Positions 39,887 through 49,169 of a stretch of DNA of 64,000 bases are shown piece by piece. Source of the DNA: an uncultured Candidatus Saccharibacteria bacterium (GTDB lineage Bacteria; Patescibacteriota; Minisyncoccia; Phycocordibacterales; UBA2100); NCBI GenBank assembly GCA_964512835.1, contig CAZELA010000001.1, positions 361,372-425,371 of the forward strand. The letters are read 5' to 3'. Position 1 is the stretch's first letter. Every line of letters starts with the position of its first letter. The notes below the pieces were generated by a model, which saw nothing but the letters and a program-made list of their open reading frames with translations, was not told the origin of the DNA and did not search any database. The position numbers and the translations under genes were made by a program.

Positions 39887-41122
39887 ATGCAGAAGGATGA
39901 CCTCAAGCGGTTTGCGCTACCTGACGAGCCCGGGATATACATGTTCCGCAATGCGAAGCGGAAGATTTTGTATATCGGCAAAGCAACGATTCTTAAGGAT
40001 CGCGTGCGAAGCTATTTCTCCAAAGATCTCGTCGAAGCCCGATCGCCGGCCATCGTAAAGATGGTCGCCGAGGCGACTGATATTACATGGCAGCAGACCG
40101 ACAATGTGCTCGAAGCGCTGATTCTCGAGGCAAACCTCATAAAGCAACATCAGCCTCCGTATAACGTTGCGACGAAGGACAACAAGAGTTTCAACTACCT
40201 TGTCGTAACAAAAGAAGTGTTCCCGCGGGTGCAAATCGTCCGCGGACGCGAACTGTTTCAGAACTGGAACGACTCCCAGATACGGAACCTCTTCGGGCCG
40301 TTTCCCCAGGGTCTTGCGCTTCAGGAAGCGGTAAAGATTGTGCGGAAGATATTTCCGTTTCGAGACACTAAGTGCACGCCCCGCGGCGAGGGTAAGAACA
40401 AAGCCGGCAAGCCGTGTTTCAACAGACAGATCGGCTTGTGCCCGGGGGTGTGCACCGGCGAAGTTTCGAAGGAGGAATACCTGGAAACGATCCGTCATAT
40501 TACGGAATTGTTCAATGGTAACTTCAAAGGTCTCAAGCGCGATCTGACTCGCGAGATGAAGGCGGCATCAAAAGAGGAGCATTTTGAGAAGGCGGAGCGC
40601 TTGCGGCGACAGTGCTTGGCGCTGGAGCACATCAAAGATGTTTCGCTCATCAAAAGCGACACAATCTCGGCCGGTGGCGGTCTGCGTGTAGAGGCGTATG
40701 ACGTGGCGCACACCGCCGGGGCTGAGACGGTAGGCGTTATGACCGTGGTGGATAACGGAGAAGCCTATAAAACCGCATATCGAAAGTTCAAGATTAACTC
40801 GGTGACCAATAATGACGTCGCCGCGCTCACGGAGATGCTAGAGCGCCGTCTCCAGCATGCCGAATGGCCGCTTCCGCGTGTATTTGCGGTCGACGGAGGC
40901 AAGGGGCAAATGAGAGCGGCGGAAAAGGTTCTCAAAAAGTTCGGTATCGAGATACCGATCGTCGGGGTTGTTAAGAACGAATTTCACAAACCGGAACGTT
41001 TGATCGGGGATTCCCGAGCTATTGCCGCCTATGAGCGCGACATATTGCTTGCCAACAACGAGGCGCACCGATATGCGATCAGCTGGCACAGAACACGACT
41101 CAAGAAGGGTCTGTTTGTATAG
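39887..41122 (+). CDS. uvrC: excinuclease ABC subunit C, short form lacking C-terminal (HhH)2 domain
   Basis: GIY-YIG N-terminus (GIYMFRN...ILYIGKA...R...E...N), UvrB-interaction (UVR) helix, RNase H-like endonuclease region with VDGGKGQ. Ends at 411 aa, before where HhH motifs normally occur. Confidence 0.8.
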   Translation: MQKDDLKRFALPDEPGIYMFRNAKRKILYIGKATILKDRVRSYFSKDLVEARSPAIVKMVAEATDITWQQTDNVLEALILEANLIKQHQPPYNVATKDNKSFNYLVVTKEVFPRVQIVRGRELFQNWNDSQIRNLFGPFPQGLALQEAVKIVRKIFPFRDTKCTPRGEGKNKAGKPCFNRQIGLCPGVCTGEVSKEEYLETIRHITELFNGNFKGLKRDLTREMKAASKEEHFEKAERLRRQCLALEHIKDVSLIKSDTISAGGGLRVEAYDVAHTAGAETVGVMTVVDNGEAYKTAYRKFKINSVTNNDVAALTEMLERRLQHAEWPLPRVFAVDGGKGQMRAAEKVLKKFGIEIPIVGVVKNEFHKPERLIGDSRAIAAYERDILLANNEAHRYAISWHRTRLKKGLFV

Positions 41123-41134
41123 TAAAATACTTTC

Positions 41135-41605
41135 ATGGTAAACGGCCCGATGGTCGGCGGCTTTATGATAGCGGTCGTATTGATCGGCTCCGCGCTGTTC
41201 GTCGGAACATGGTTTTCAAGCGCGGTGCATTTTCAAGACTCGCACACATTGGATGCGGCTCGTGAGACGCGTCCGGTCGCATGCTCGTTTAATATCTCCG
41301 ACGACACGCGCAGGACGACCGGCTACATTCATGCGCGTGACGGATATATGCGATTCGATATCCATGACGTGAAAGATATTGAGGTCGCTGACTGGGGCGT
41401 GGAGCTGAATATGCATGATCCGAGTCAGATGATGACGCGGTCTGCGGAGGGTGAACCATATGTGAGCCTGGATAGCTACGCGGACCTACGGGTCCAGATT
41501 TTGGATAACGTGCGCATGATTATGCAGAGTGAGCGCATTCACTGTGCTCCATGGTGGGGCGCAAGCGGATTCAGGTTTGCGCTGGAAGGAAAAATATTCA
41601 GGTAG
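41135..41605 (+). CDS. hypothetical membrane-anchored protein
   Basis: Single N-terminal TM. No recognisable domain. Confidence 0.4.
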   Translation: MVNGPMVGGFMIAVVLIGSALFVGTWFSSAVHFQDSHTLDAARETRPVACSFNISDDTRRTTGYIHARDGYMRFDIHDVKDIEVADWGVELNMHDPSQMMTRSAEGEPYVSLDSYADLRVQILDNVRMIMQSERIHCAPWWGASGFRFALEGKIFR

Positions 41606-41632
41606 TGGTTTTTTAGTTGCTATACTTTTGTA

Positions 41633-42598
41633 ATGGTACGAACGATCGTCGGTGTATTGCGCGGCGGAACGTCATCCGAATACGGACTCTCGTTAAAAAC
41701 GGGGGCTGCCATCCTGCACGCGCTTCCGGAAGATACGTACGATACACGAGATATCTTGATTGATAAAAAGGGGATGTGGCATCACCGGGGCATCCCTGCG
41801 ACACCGGCGCGCGCGCTTTCACAGGTTGATGTTGTTTTGAACGGATTGCATGGCGGTGTCGGGGAAGACGGCAGTGTTCAGCGGATTCTTGAGCGCGCCG
41901 GCGTTAAATACGCAGGCGCACGGTCTATGCAGAGTGCTATCGCGCTGAATAAGATCCGCGCGCGAACGGTCCTCAAGAATGCGGGGCTACGTATGCCGAA
42001 CGGTATCTCGTTCACGCTTCGCGACGGATTGAACACGGCAGAAATGGCTCGGCTGGTACATGCATATACGGCGCCTCCCTACATGGTAAAGCCGCCAAAT
42101 GACGGCGCCGCGGCAGGAATACGATTCGTGGAGCTGTATACGGACCTTCCGGACGCCATCGGTGACGTACTCGACGCATACGGCGCCGTACTCGTCGAAG
42201 AATTCATACGAGGGGACGATGCAACAGTCGGCGTGATCGACGGATTCCGAAATGAGCCTTTGTATGCGCTGCCTCCTGCCCATGTTGTACGCGAAGGTCT
42301 GCACCTGGAGCGGCATCACCACGAGAACGGCACCTTGCGTCACGTTGCCCCGGCAGGATTTTCGTATGTGCAGAAGCAGTCGCTGATGGATATCGCAAAA
42401 ACGGCACACAAAGTGCTTGCGTTGTCGCATTTTTCACGCGCTGATTTCATCGTCTCACCGCGCGGAATATATCTTTTGGAGGTGAATACAAATCCGGGTC
42501 TGTACCCCGGATCATCGTTTCCGGTGATGCTCAATGCCGTCGGTTCGAACGTAGGAGAGTTTTTGGAGCACGCGATCTCGCTTGCGCGGTCGCACTAA
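41633..42598 (+). CDS. ddl: D-alanine--D-alanine ligase
   Basis: N-terminal Ddl domain (VLRGGTSSEYGLSL), ATP-grasp motifs, C-terminal ...LEVNTNPG... Confidence 0.85.
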   Translation: MVRTIVGVLRGGTSSEYGLSLKTGAAILHALPEDTYDTRDILIDKKGMWHHRGIPATPARALSQVDVVLNGLHGGVGEDGSVQRILERAGVKYAGARSMQSAIALNKIRARTVLKNAGLRMPNGISFTLRDGLNTAEMARLVHAYTAPPYMVKPPNDGAAAGIRFVELYTDLPDAIGDVLDAYGAVLVEEFIRGDDATVGVIDGFRNEPLYALPPAHVVREGLHLERHHHENGTLRHVAPAGFSYVQKQSLMDIAKTAHKVLALSHFSRADFIVSPRGIYLLEVNTNPGLYPGSSFPVMLNAVGSNVGEFLEHAISLARSH

Positions 42599-43242
42599 GC
42601 CGAGATTCGTGACGCTGCGATCAGCCCGATCGTAAAGATCCCGATAAAATTGAACACAAACGACAGCGGTATAAAGTGTACCTCGCGCATTCGTGACATA
42701 CCGAGCAAGCTGATGCCCAGTTCGTCGGGCAGCGGCGAGGCAATGATCAGTCCGCCCGCAAAAAAGGTCAGGTAACGGAAGAAGCGAAACTTCATCAGTT
42801 TGCCGAGGCGCTTGAAACCACGGCGCTGCGGAAGGATCTCAAGCATGTGGAGCGAGATGCGGTCTTTTACGAATCGGAAGATGATCATGTCGCCGACAAC
42901 CGAGCCAAGTGATGCCCAGAGAGCGGTCTCGACGACACCCATACGCGTAGAGATTTCTCCGAGTGTGACGATCGCCGGCGCGGTCGTAAAGATAGACGTA
43001 AAGAACATCCCTGCCACAAAGCTTCCGATGTGACCGAATTCACGACTTGAATCAAGGAGCATATAAATCGCCCCTGATTTGATCAGAAGAATCGCGATTA
43101 CAATGCTGAGCGTGATGATGGTAAGGTCGTGAATGATGTGCTGAAAACGGACATCAGACGATCGACGGGCCATACCCGTATTGTAACGGGTGTGCGAGGA
43201 CGGTTGCGAAGTTATCCGACTCACGGCATAATCCTCCAACAA
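42595..43242 (-). CDS. hypothetical integral membrane protein (possibly DedA/VTT-like)
   Basis: 5-6 TM. Internal re-entrant-like Gly/Pro segments. Weak resemblance only. Confidence 0.45.
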   Translation of the reverse strand: MLEDYAVSRITSQPSSHTRYNTGMARRSSDVRFQHIIHDLTIITLSIVIAILLIKSGAIYMLLDSSREFGHIGSFVAGMFFTSIFTTAPAIVTLGEISTRMGVVETALWASLGSVVGDMIIFRFVKDRISLHMLEILPQRRGFKRLGKLMKFRFFRYLTFFAGGLIIASPLPDELGISLLGMSRMREVHFIPLSFVFNFIGIFTIGLIAASRISA

Positions 43243-43315
43243 GGGCCTTTAGCTCATTTGGTAGAGCACCTCATTTGCAATGAGGGGGTGACCGGTTCGA
43301 ATCCGGTAAGGTCCA
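43243..43315 (+). tRNA. tRNA-Ala (anticodon UGC)
   Basis: Manually folded cloverleaf. Acceptor GGGCCTT/AAGGTCC with the G3:U70 Ala identity pair. D arm GCTC/GAGC. Anticodon stem CCTCA/TGAGG with loop TTTGCAA. T arm ACCGG-TTCGAAT-CCGGT. Discriminator A. CCA not encoded. Confidence 0.9.
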
Positions 43316-43327
43316 CTAAAGACGAAT

Positions 43328-43356
43328 AATCCGCCGAAAGGCGGATTTTCGCTTTT
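43328..43356 (+). terminator. rho-independent terminator after tRNA-Ala
   Basis: aatccgcc-gaaa-ggcggatt followed by ttcgctttt. Confidence 0.6.
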
Positions 43357-43556
43357 GTGGAGCTTACCCAGAAAAGGGTCGGGAAAACATGCTGTTTTCC
43401 CGTGGAGGAAGGCTTGGGAAAACCGTGGGTTTCCCAGTTGGTATGGTCCACCCGTCAGAGAAATTGGGAAATTTGCGACGGCCGAGCCAGGGCAGTGACC
43501 ACTTTGAATTTTGTCCGAAGGAACCAAATACATATTGAGTCACGCCGAGTCCGGTA
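43357..43556. other. hairpin-rich non-coding segment (candidate small RNA or att-like remnant)
   Basis: Two near-identical hairpins gggaaaac-atgct-gttttccc and gggaaaac-cgtg-ggtttccc ~30 nt apart. A 10-mer taTggtccac resembles the tRNA 3' end taAggtccac. Bounded by terminators on both sides. Only short GC-skew-type ORFs. Confidence 0.25.
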
Positions 43557-43590
43557 AGCAAAAAGCACATCCGGCGGATGTGCTTTGTCT
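43557..43590 (-). terminator. rho-independent terminator for minus-strand gene 43601..44209
   Basis: agcacatcc-ggc-ggatgtgct stem. On the minus strand it is followed by uuuuugcuu. Confidence 0.6.
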
Positions 43591-43600
43591 TGAAGAGCGA

Positions 43601-44209
43601 TCATGCCCGAACACGCTCAGAAAACGACAACCTTGGTTCCGCATACTTCACGGCCTGCTCGACAACTTCGTCGAGCGAATCGAAAATCGGAAAGCCGGGG
43701 ACGGCGAGTTCAAAGTTCCGTTTGATGACCCTGAGGCCGGGGAAGTCCGGTTCTGCACCGATCACCACACGAAGATCGCGGTTGTGCATCAGATGAGCGC
43801 GCCATTCACCGAGTTCGCCGCGCGTGTCGGTGGCATACGGCTGGCCGTCGGTCCGCTCGGTTTTTTGCGTGGCGAGCCAGAAGATGATGCAGCCCGTTTT
43901 CCACAGTTCCGCAGCGAGGCGCATGTAATAGCGTTCCCAATCGGTCTGCCGATCGAAAACCATCGCCGGGGCGGAGCGTCGGATATGCTTTGTTTCCGTA
44001 TTCAGAAACTCGTGCCAGCGATAGTCGGGGTGTGTGCTGTCGTAGCGGCTCGGGTTCACGATGATCAGTCGTTCAAGGCGCTTCATCAGCATTCGGCTCA
44101 GGAGCGAATGCCAATCTCCCGCGCCTTGAATGGGGCCTCCGAAGAAGTACATCGGGTAGTCGCGATAGCTCTCCAGAACCGGATTTGATTTCGGCAGTAC
44201 AAGAAACAT
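43601..44209 (-). CDS. hypothetical protein, possible nucleoside 2-deoxyribosyltransferase/Rcl-like fold
   Basis: N-terminal motif MYFFGGPIQGAGDW resembles the (I/V)YFAG(P/S)I(R/F)GG motif of NDT/DNPH1 family proteins. Acidic patch ...GAEPDF...ELA further on. Inference only. Confidence 0.4.
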   Translation of the reverse strand: MFLVLPKSNPVLESYRDYPMYFFGGPIQGAGDWHSLLSRMLMKRLERLIIVNPSRYDSTHPDYRWHEFLNTETKHIRRSAPAMVFDRQTDWERYYMRLAAELWKTGCIIFWLATQKTERTDGQPYATDTRGELGEWRAHLMHNRDLRVVIGAEPDFPGLRVIKRNFELAVPGFPIFDSLDEVVEQAVKYAEPRLSFSERVRA

Positions 44210-44354
44210 CCGTCTTCTCCTTTGTGGCTGCCCGCACTATGTCATGGGTAACCGAACCTCGCCAGAAGATGAAGTTTGTAGTTGAGTTCTTCATATTCCG
44301 ACCTATACTTTGCAGCGGCAGGGAGCTCACGCCAAACAGCAAAGGACCGTAGCA

Positions 44355-44933
44355 ATGAGCGCTGACTCCGTAGATCTTCATAGTTCGAAACCCTTGAAGA
44401 CATTGACTGAACAAGATGTCGTCGAAGCGTTCGCGAGTTCCGGGTACCGGGGCGAGATGGCCGTACTCGACCGATTTGCGCCGCACATGATGCAGGGTGC
44501 ACTCACTAAAGATGCATTGTTTCAGATTGCCTTTCATATCGAAGACAGCGATATGAATGCCGATCGGGGACTCCTGTATTCCGCGATCGTGCTGCACGCC
44601 GCAACGCTCGTTCTCGAAAACGATACCGCCGCCTGGCGCGAGCTCAGAACGCGTCCGGGCAAGCTCGGTGCGTTCATTGCAAGTATTTCGGGACCTGAAA
44701 GTCCGATCATTGCGAATGATCGCCGCCCGATCCGTTATGCGGGTACCGTGCGGCCGCGTATCAAGGCTCCGAGTGCGATCAATGATTTGCTCGACATCGT
44801 CCTCTCTCGATTGAACTTCAACTTCGAAATGCTGACGTTCCTCTACGATCACCTGCAGGACGCCGGCATGAAAAGCATCGTCAAAAGTCTTTTGATCTTG
44901 CATGAAAAAGAACCCGTGCCCGGAAGCGCGTAG
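44355..44933 (+). CDS. hypothetical protein
   Basis: Preferred over the overlapping antisense ORF 44073..44903, which is Arg-rich antisense-type. No recognisable domain. Confidence 0.35.
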   Translation: MSADSVDLHSSKPLKTLTEQDVVEAFASSGYRGEMAVLDRFAPHMMQGALTKDALFQIAFHIEDSDMNADRGLLYSAIVLHAATLVLENDTAAWRELRTRPGKLGAFIASISGPESPIIANDRRPIRYAGTVRPRIKAPSAINDLLDIVLSRLNFNFEMLTFLYDHLQDAGMKSIVKSLLILHEKEPVPGSA

Positions 44934-45048
44934 CGCTTCCGGGGGAGAAAGGCTCGCTCCGGCGGGCCTTTTTGTTTGCTCGATAGGGAATGCTCAAAGT
45001 GTTATAGTTTTCAGACAGGTGTGCGCCCTTGCGGCGCATATCGTTTTC

Positions 45049-45600
45049 ATGGGGAATACCGAAGATATACAGAAGTCAGGCGGGACACCCGAGGCGGTGT
45101 TCTTAGCGGCATACGAGGAATATGCTGATGCGCTCTTACGGCACGTAATGCTTCGTGTGCGGGACCGAGAGCTCGCAAAGGATATTGTCCAGGAGGCATA
45201 TTCAAAAACGTGGGTCTACATGTCGGAGGGTAAAGAGATTGAATATCTACGCGCATTTCTCTATCGCGTTTCGAACAATCTGGTCATTGACTGGGCACGC
45301 AAAAAGAAGTCCTCGTCGCTCGATTCGTTGATGGAAGACGACGGTTTTGAACCCGCTGATGACAACGTGAAAGACTTTGCCGATGTGCCGGCCGCACGCG
45401 AGGCTATCAAGTTGCTCGGCGAGCTTGATGAAATGTACAGGACCGCTATCACGATGCGGTATCTTGACGAAATGTCCCCCCGGGAGATCGCCGAAGCCCT
45501 TGGTGTCTCCGAAAACGTCGTATCGGTCCGCATTCACCGCGGCATCGAAAAACTCTCAAAAATGGCTAAAAAGGAGCCTCCAAAGCACGGTTCAAACTGA
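45049..45600 (+). CDS. RNA polymerase sigma factor, ECF/sigma-70 family
   Basis: Region 2 (…ELAKDIVQEAYSKTW…) and region 4 HTH (…MSPREIAEALGVSENVVSVRIHRGIEKL…). Start at first ATG 45049. Confidence 0.8.
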   Translation: MGNTEDIQKSGGTPEAVFLAAYEEYADALLRHVMLRVRDRELAKDIVQEAYSKTWVYMSEGKEIEYLRAFLYRVSNNLVIDWARKKKSSSLDSLMEDDGFEPADDNVKDFADVPAAREAIKLLGELDEMYRTAITMRYLDEMSPREIAEALGVSENVVSVRIHRGIEKLSKMAKKEPPKHGSN

Positions 45601-45731
45601 AATATCCGTGGGGTACGACGCTTGCACGGAATACCTCGCCAGCGTATAGTTTTCGCAATGTAAGGTTTTCCATTTGCATAGCAAGGGAAAGGTTGGTTTA
45701 CATTTTTTAAAGGAAGAACAGATATCGCATC

Positions 45732-46076
45732 ATGGCAAAGAAGCTTTATGTCGGAGGTTTGCCCTACGCTACCACCGACGAGGAGCTCAAGGACGCATTC
45801 TCACAGGCCGGAAACGTTGAATCTGCCGTCATCATCATGGACAAGATGAGCGGCCGATCGAAGGGTTTCGGTTTCGTTGAGATGGCATCTGATGAGGAAG
45901 CCCAGGCAGGTATCGACCTCTGGAACGGAAAGGATTTCGGTGGCCGCAAATTGACGGTCAACGAGGCTCGCCCGATGGAGGAACGACCTCGCAATAACTT
46001 CCGCTCAAACGGCGGAAGCGGCGGCTACGGCGGCGGTTCGCGCGGCGGAAACGGCGGCGGCGGACGCAGCTGGTAA
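45732..46076 (+). CDS. RRM-domain glycine-rich RNA-binding protein
   Basis: RNP2 LYVGGL and RNP1 KGFGFVEM. C-terminal GGSGGYGGGSRGGNGGGG tail. Confidence 0.85.
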   Translation: MAKKLYVGGLPYATTDEELKDAFSQAGNVESAVIIMDKMSGRSKGFGFVEMASDEEAQAGIDLWNGKDFGGRKLTVNEARPMEERPRNNFRSNGGSGGYGGGSRGGNGGGGRSW

Positions 46077-46221
46077 TTTCTCATTCGAGAAACTTGGCAA
46101 AAAGGACTCCGGCAACGGGGTCCTTTTGCTTTCCCGGCCTGTAATAGAGCCCCATTCGGCTCGTCTAAGTGCTGTAGGTGCGCTACTATTGCCTGCATCG
46201 GGAAGTGCGCAACGACGACCT

Positions 46222-47235
46222 ATGGAAGACAACATAAAAAACTCATTTAAATTTCTGCAGTCCGAAAAGCTGACTGATAACGAGCGCATTCGTATGAAGA
46301 ATGTCCTGCTTTCTGTTATGGCTGAGCATCCGTTGCAAAGCACTGCCGTTGTTGTCCCGCGCCATGAGCGTTTCCTTTCATATTTTGATTCCGAATCACT
46401 GCGTCCGGTCGGGTTTGCGTTTGCGCTGGTGCTCGTCGTGGGTATCGGTACGTCGTACGCGGCAGAAACCGCGCTGCCGGGAGATCCGCTCTATGCCATA
46501 AAAGTCGGCATCACCGAACCGATCCAAGGCGTGCTTGCTGTGTCTCCCGTCGCTCGGGCTGAATGGGATACGGAGCTGCTCTCGCGACGACTTGAAGAAG
46601 CGGCCACACTTGCAGCGAAAGGAAATCTCAGTGACGACGCTCGTTCCAAAATCGAAACACAGCTTGCGATCAAGGCTCAGGATGTAAATAACAGTGTCGA
46701 TCGTTTGAAGTCTCGCGATGACGGAGCGGTCGCTGCAGCCTCGGTAGAATCCGACCTCGAAGCATCACTCGTCGGCCATGAACGTGTCTTGACCGGAATT
46801 TCCGTAGATCTTCCGAAGCAGGCTCCGGCGATCGCTCCGTTGTTGCACAAGGTGCGTGCACAAGCGGAGTCGACGAACGCAAAACGCAAGGCGAGCGAGC
46901 GGAATGTTGCGACAAAAAGCGAATCAACCGTGAAAGCGGCCGCGACCAATCAGCAGAAAAATGCGCGCAATAAAGTTCGGCAAGTCCGCACACTCGCGGC
47001 GAGCGGCCATCTGCAGGCGTCTACAACGGCAGAGGCGAGTTCGAGTGCGCAGGAGATTGAGCAGGTGATAGAACAGGCGGAACAGAAGCTCAATGAAGGT
47101 AAGTACGGCGAAGCATTGAATGCGTTTCAGGCGACGATCCGCGCGGCAAAAGCCGTCGAGGTTAATCTTGATGCGGAAAACCGCCTGAGTGACGATATTG
47201 AGGCGAACGAGGACCGATCCGGTTCCGATAAGTAG
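46222..47235 (+). CDS. DUF5667-like membrane-anchored protein (possible anti-sigma/partner of adjacent ECF sigma)
   Basis: Single TM (FAFALVLVVGIGTSYAA) followed by a long helical Ala/Glu-rich ectodomain. Sits next to an ECF sigma gene, one intervening gene away. Confidence 0.5.
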   Translation: MEDNIKNSFKFLQSEKLTDNERIRMKNVLLSVMAEHPLQSTAVVVPRHERFLSYFDSESLRPVGFAFALVLVVGIGTSYAAETALPGDPLYAIKVGITEPIQGVLAVSPVARAEWDTELLSRRLEEAATLAAKGNLSDDARSKIETQLAIKAQDVNNSVDRLKSRDDGAVAAASVESDLEASLVGHERVLTGISVDLPKQAPAIAPLLHKVRAQAESTNAKRKASERNVATKSESTVKAAATNQQKNARNKVRQVRTLAASGHLQASTTAEASSSAQEIEQVIEQAEQKLNEGKYGEALNAFQATIRAAKAVEVNLDAENRLSDDIEANEDRSGSDK

Positions 47236-47253
47236 CCGTACATATCCACAGAG

Positions 47254-47649
47254 GTGTCGCATGATCAGACGTGCGTCACTCATAATGAACGCATGCGTCT
47301 TCGCATGCTCTTCGGCTGGGGGATCGTCATCTATGCGGTCCTTAATCTCGTGTGGTCTGTAATCGTTGCCAACGGATTTTCTGAGAATCTTATAGCGCGA
47401 ATTTCCATGATAATTGCGATTATTACGGTCGCTACCATCGCGACCCGCTCGCTACGGTTGCTGAGCGAGCGGGACGCTATTCCGTTTGCCGGGGGATGGG
47501 TTTTGATCGCTGCGGCGCTTGATGCGCTCCTCACGGTGCCGGTTGTCGGATGGGCAGTCTTTGCAAACGCGAACACGTGGGTGGGTTATGCGCTCTTGCT
47601 TGCTGTGCCGCTTGTTGTCGCTGCCGTATCGAAACGGCCGCTTGCGTAA
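47254..47649 (+). CDS. hypothetical small membrane protein (4 TM)
   Basis: Hydrophobic throughout. No known family. Confidence 0.4.
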   Translation: MSHDQTCVTHNERMRLRMLFGWGIVIYAVLNLVWSVIVANGFSENLIARISMIIAIITVATIATRSLRLLSERDAIPFAGGWVLIAAALDALLTVPVVGWAVFANANTWVGYALLLAVPLVVAAVSKRPLA

Positions 47650-47651
47650 TT

Positions 47652-48797
47652 ATGGGACCATTCGCGGCACATAGATTTTTGACGCGCGGAGCACTATCTG
47701 CAGTCAATGTGTTCTCGTGGCTGTTCATTTTTCAGTATTTTTTTATTGCGGCAGGCGGAGTAGTAGCTGCACTCGTAGCAACCGCGTGTTCGTATGCATT
47801 TGCGCAAACAGTCGCCATTTTGCTCACGCCGTACACGGCTCGGCGGTTGCGGCACGGTATACGGGGCATGCTGGTGAATGCGCTCATCGCGCTTGCAGGT
47901 GCCTATGCGATCCTTGCGCTCGGATTTTCCGGCATATTGGGTTCGATACCGCTTGCGATCGTCCTTTTTGCGGCATCTATGGGTCTTTACCGTGCTCTGT
48001 ATTGGATTCCGTATGAGCTGGCGGCAAAGAAGCATTCACGAAGCAGGATCACGGATATTGCGCTTGCATGTATTCCGGCTATCTCGGGGTATGTCATGAC
48101 GCTCTCTGCAAGCGCGCCGCTTATTGTGCTTTCGTGCGCTTCACTTGTGGCACTCTGTGCAATCGTTCCAGTGTACCTATTCCGAAATACACACGAAGGC
48201 TTCAGCTGGTCGTACCGCGGCACGTTCAGGCACCTGTTCACGTATTCGCATCGCCGACCGCTTATTCAGGCAATCTGCAACGGCTTCGAGGGTGCTGCAC
48301 TGCTGCTTTTGTGGCCCATCGTCGTGCTCGTTATGCTGGAGTGGTCGTATGCCGCCCTCGGTCTTGTTCTCTCTGTCACGTATTTGTGCACGATCTTTGC
48401 GCGCGCCGTACTTGCGCACTACCACCATCATGCCGAGAAGCGTCTCGTTCTGTCTGCCCTTACGATAACCGGATGGATGCTGCGCGGTACGGTTGCCGCT
48501 CCGCTTTCTATCGTACTGGTTGATACGTACTATCAATCGGGCAGCGGGATTTCGCAGCGAGGAGTTGATCTGCTGACTTCGGAGCAATCCGCTGACAGTA
48601 ATTCGTATGTGGACGAGTTCACGGCGCTCAAAGATATGGGGCAGGGTATCGGACGTATTGTTTTTTGTCTTATGATCGTATTGCTTTCAAATATGTTCAG
48701 TTTCCCTGTACTCGCACTCACGCTGTTCGGTATAACGGCACTTGTTGCCGTGTACTCGATTGCGGTCTCACGCACGGCTACGAAGCATTCATTTTAA
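47652..48797 (+). CDS. hypothetical polytopic membrane protein (~10-12 TM, transporter-like)
   Basis: First ATG in frame. Multiple TM helices. Upstream part of the track ORF overlaps the previous gene. Confidence 0.45.
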   Translation: MGPFAAHRFLTRGALSAVNVFSWLFIFQYFFIAAGGVVAALVATACSYAFAQTVAILLTPYTARRLRHGIRGMLVNALIALAGAYAILALGFSGILGSIPLAIVLFAASMGLYRALYWIPYELAAKKHSRSRITDIALACIPAISGYVMTLSASAPLIVLSCASLVALCAIVPVYLFRNTHEGFSWSYRGTFRHLFTYSHRRPLIQAICNGFEGAALLLLWPIVVLVMLEWSYAALGLVLSVTYLCTIFARAVLAHYHHHAEKRLVLSALTITGWMLRGTVAAPLSIVLVDTYYQSGSGISQRGVDLLTSEQSADSNSYVDEFTALKDMGQGIGRIVFCLMIVLLSNMFSFPVLALTLFGITALVAVYSIAVSRTATKHSF

Positions 48798-48836
48798 GAC
48801 AAACAAAAAGAGCAGGTACGCGATCCGCGTCCTGCT

Positions 48837-49169
48837 CTATTCGAAACCGTGCTGTTTCATCCACGCACGATTTCTTTTTTGTGCTTCAGCGCTTCGTCTT
48901 CCGTAGATCTTGCCGAGGCACTTCTTGTAACCCGTTCGCTGCATCGGACCTACGAACGGTTCAATTCGTTCCTCTTTGTCCAACACGTGCTCGAGCAATT
49001 CCTCGAACTCCTCGACCGGATACGTGATATTCACACGAGTCATCATGCGCTCGACGGTTTCGTAGTCGAGCGTCACCATGGCTTCGTATTGATGCCACAT
49101 TTCCTGAACTGATTCCCGTATGTCGGCGCCGATCTGGTCACATTCGTGATAGATCAACTCCGTCATCAC
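48837..49169 (-). CDS. hypothetical acidic protein (downstream member of overlapping pair)
   Basis: ATGA overlap with the upstream ORF. Terminator hairpin (gagcagg…cctgctc + T-run on the minus strand) immediately downstream. Confidence 0.4.
   Translation of the reverse strand: MMTELIYHECDQIGADIRESVQEMWHQYEAMVTLDYETVERMMTRVNITYPVEEFEELLEHVLDKEERIEPFVGPMQRTGYKKCLGKIYGRRSAEAQKRNRAWMKQHGFE

Noticed and set aside
43357-43556. Interpretation of the post-tRNA structured region as SRP RNA, RNase P RNA, tmRNA or a second tRNA
   Set aside because: Lacks the SRP domain IV motif, RNase P conserved GGAAAGUCCGG/ACAGAAACC blocks, a tmRNA tag ORF or T-loop/acceptor features. Retained only as an unclassified hairpin-rich segment.
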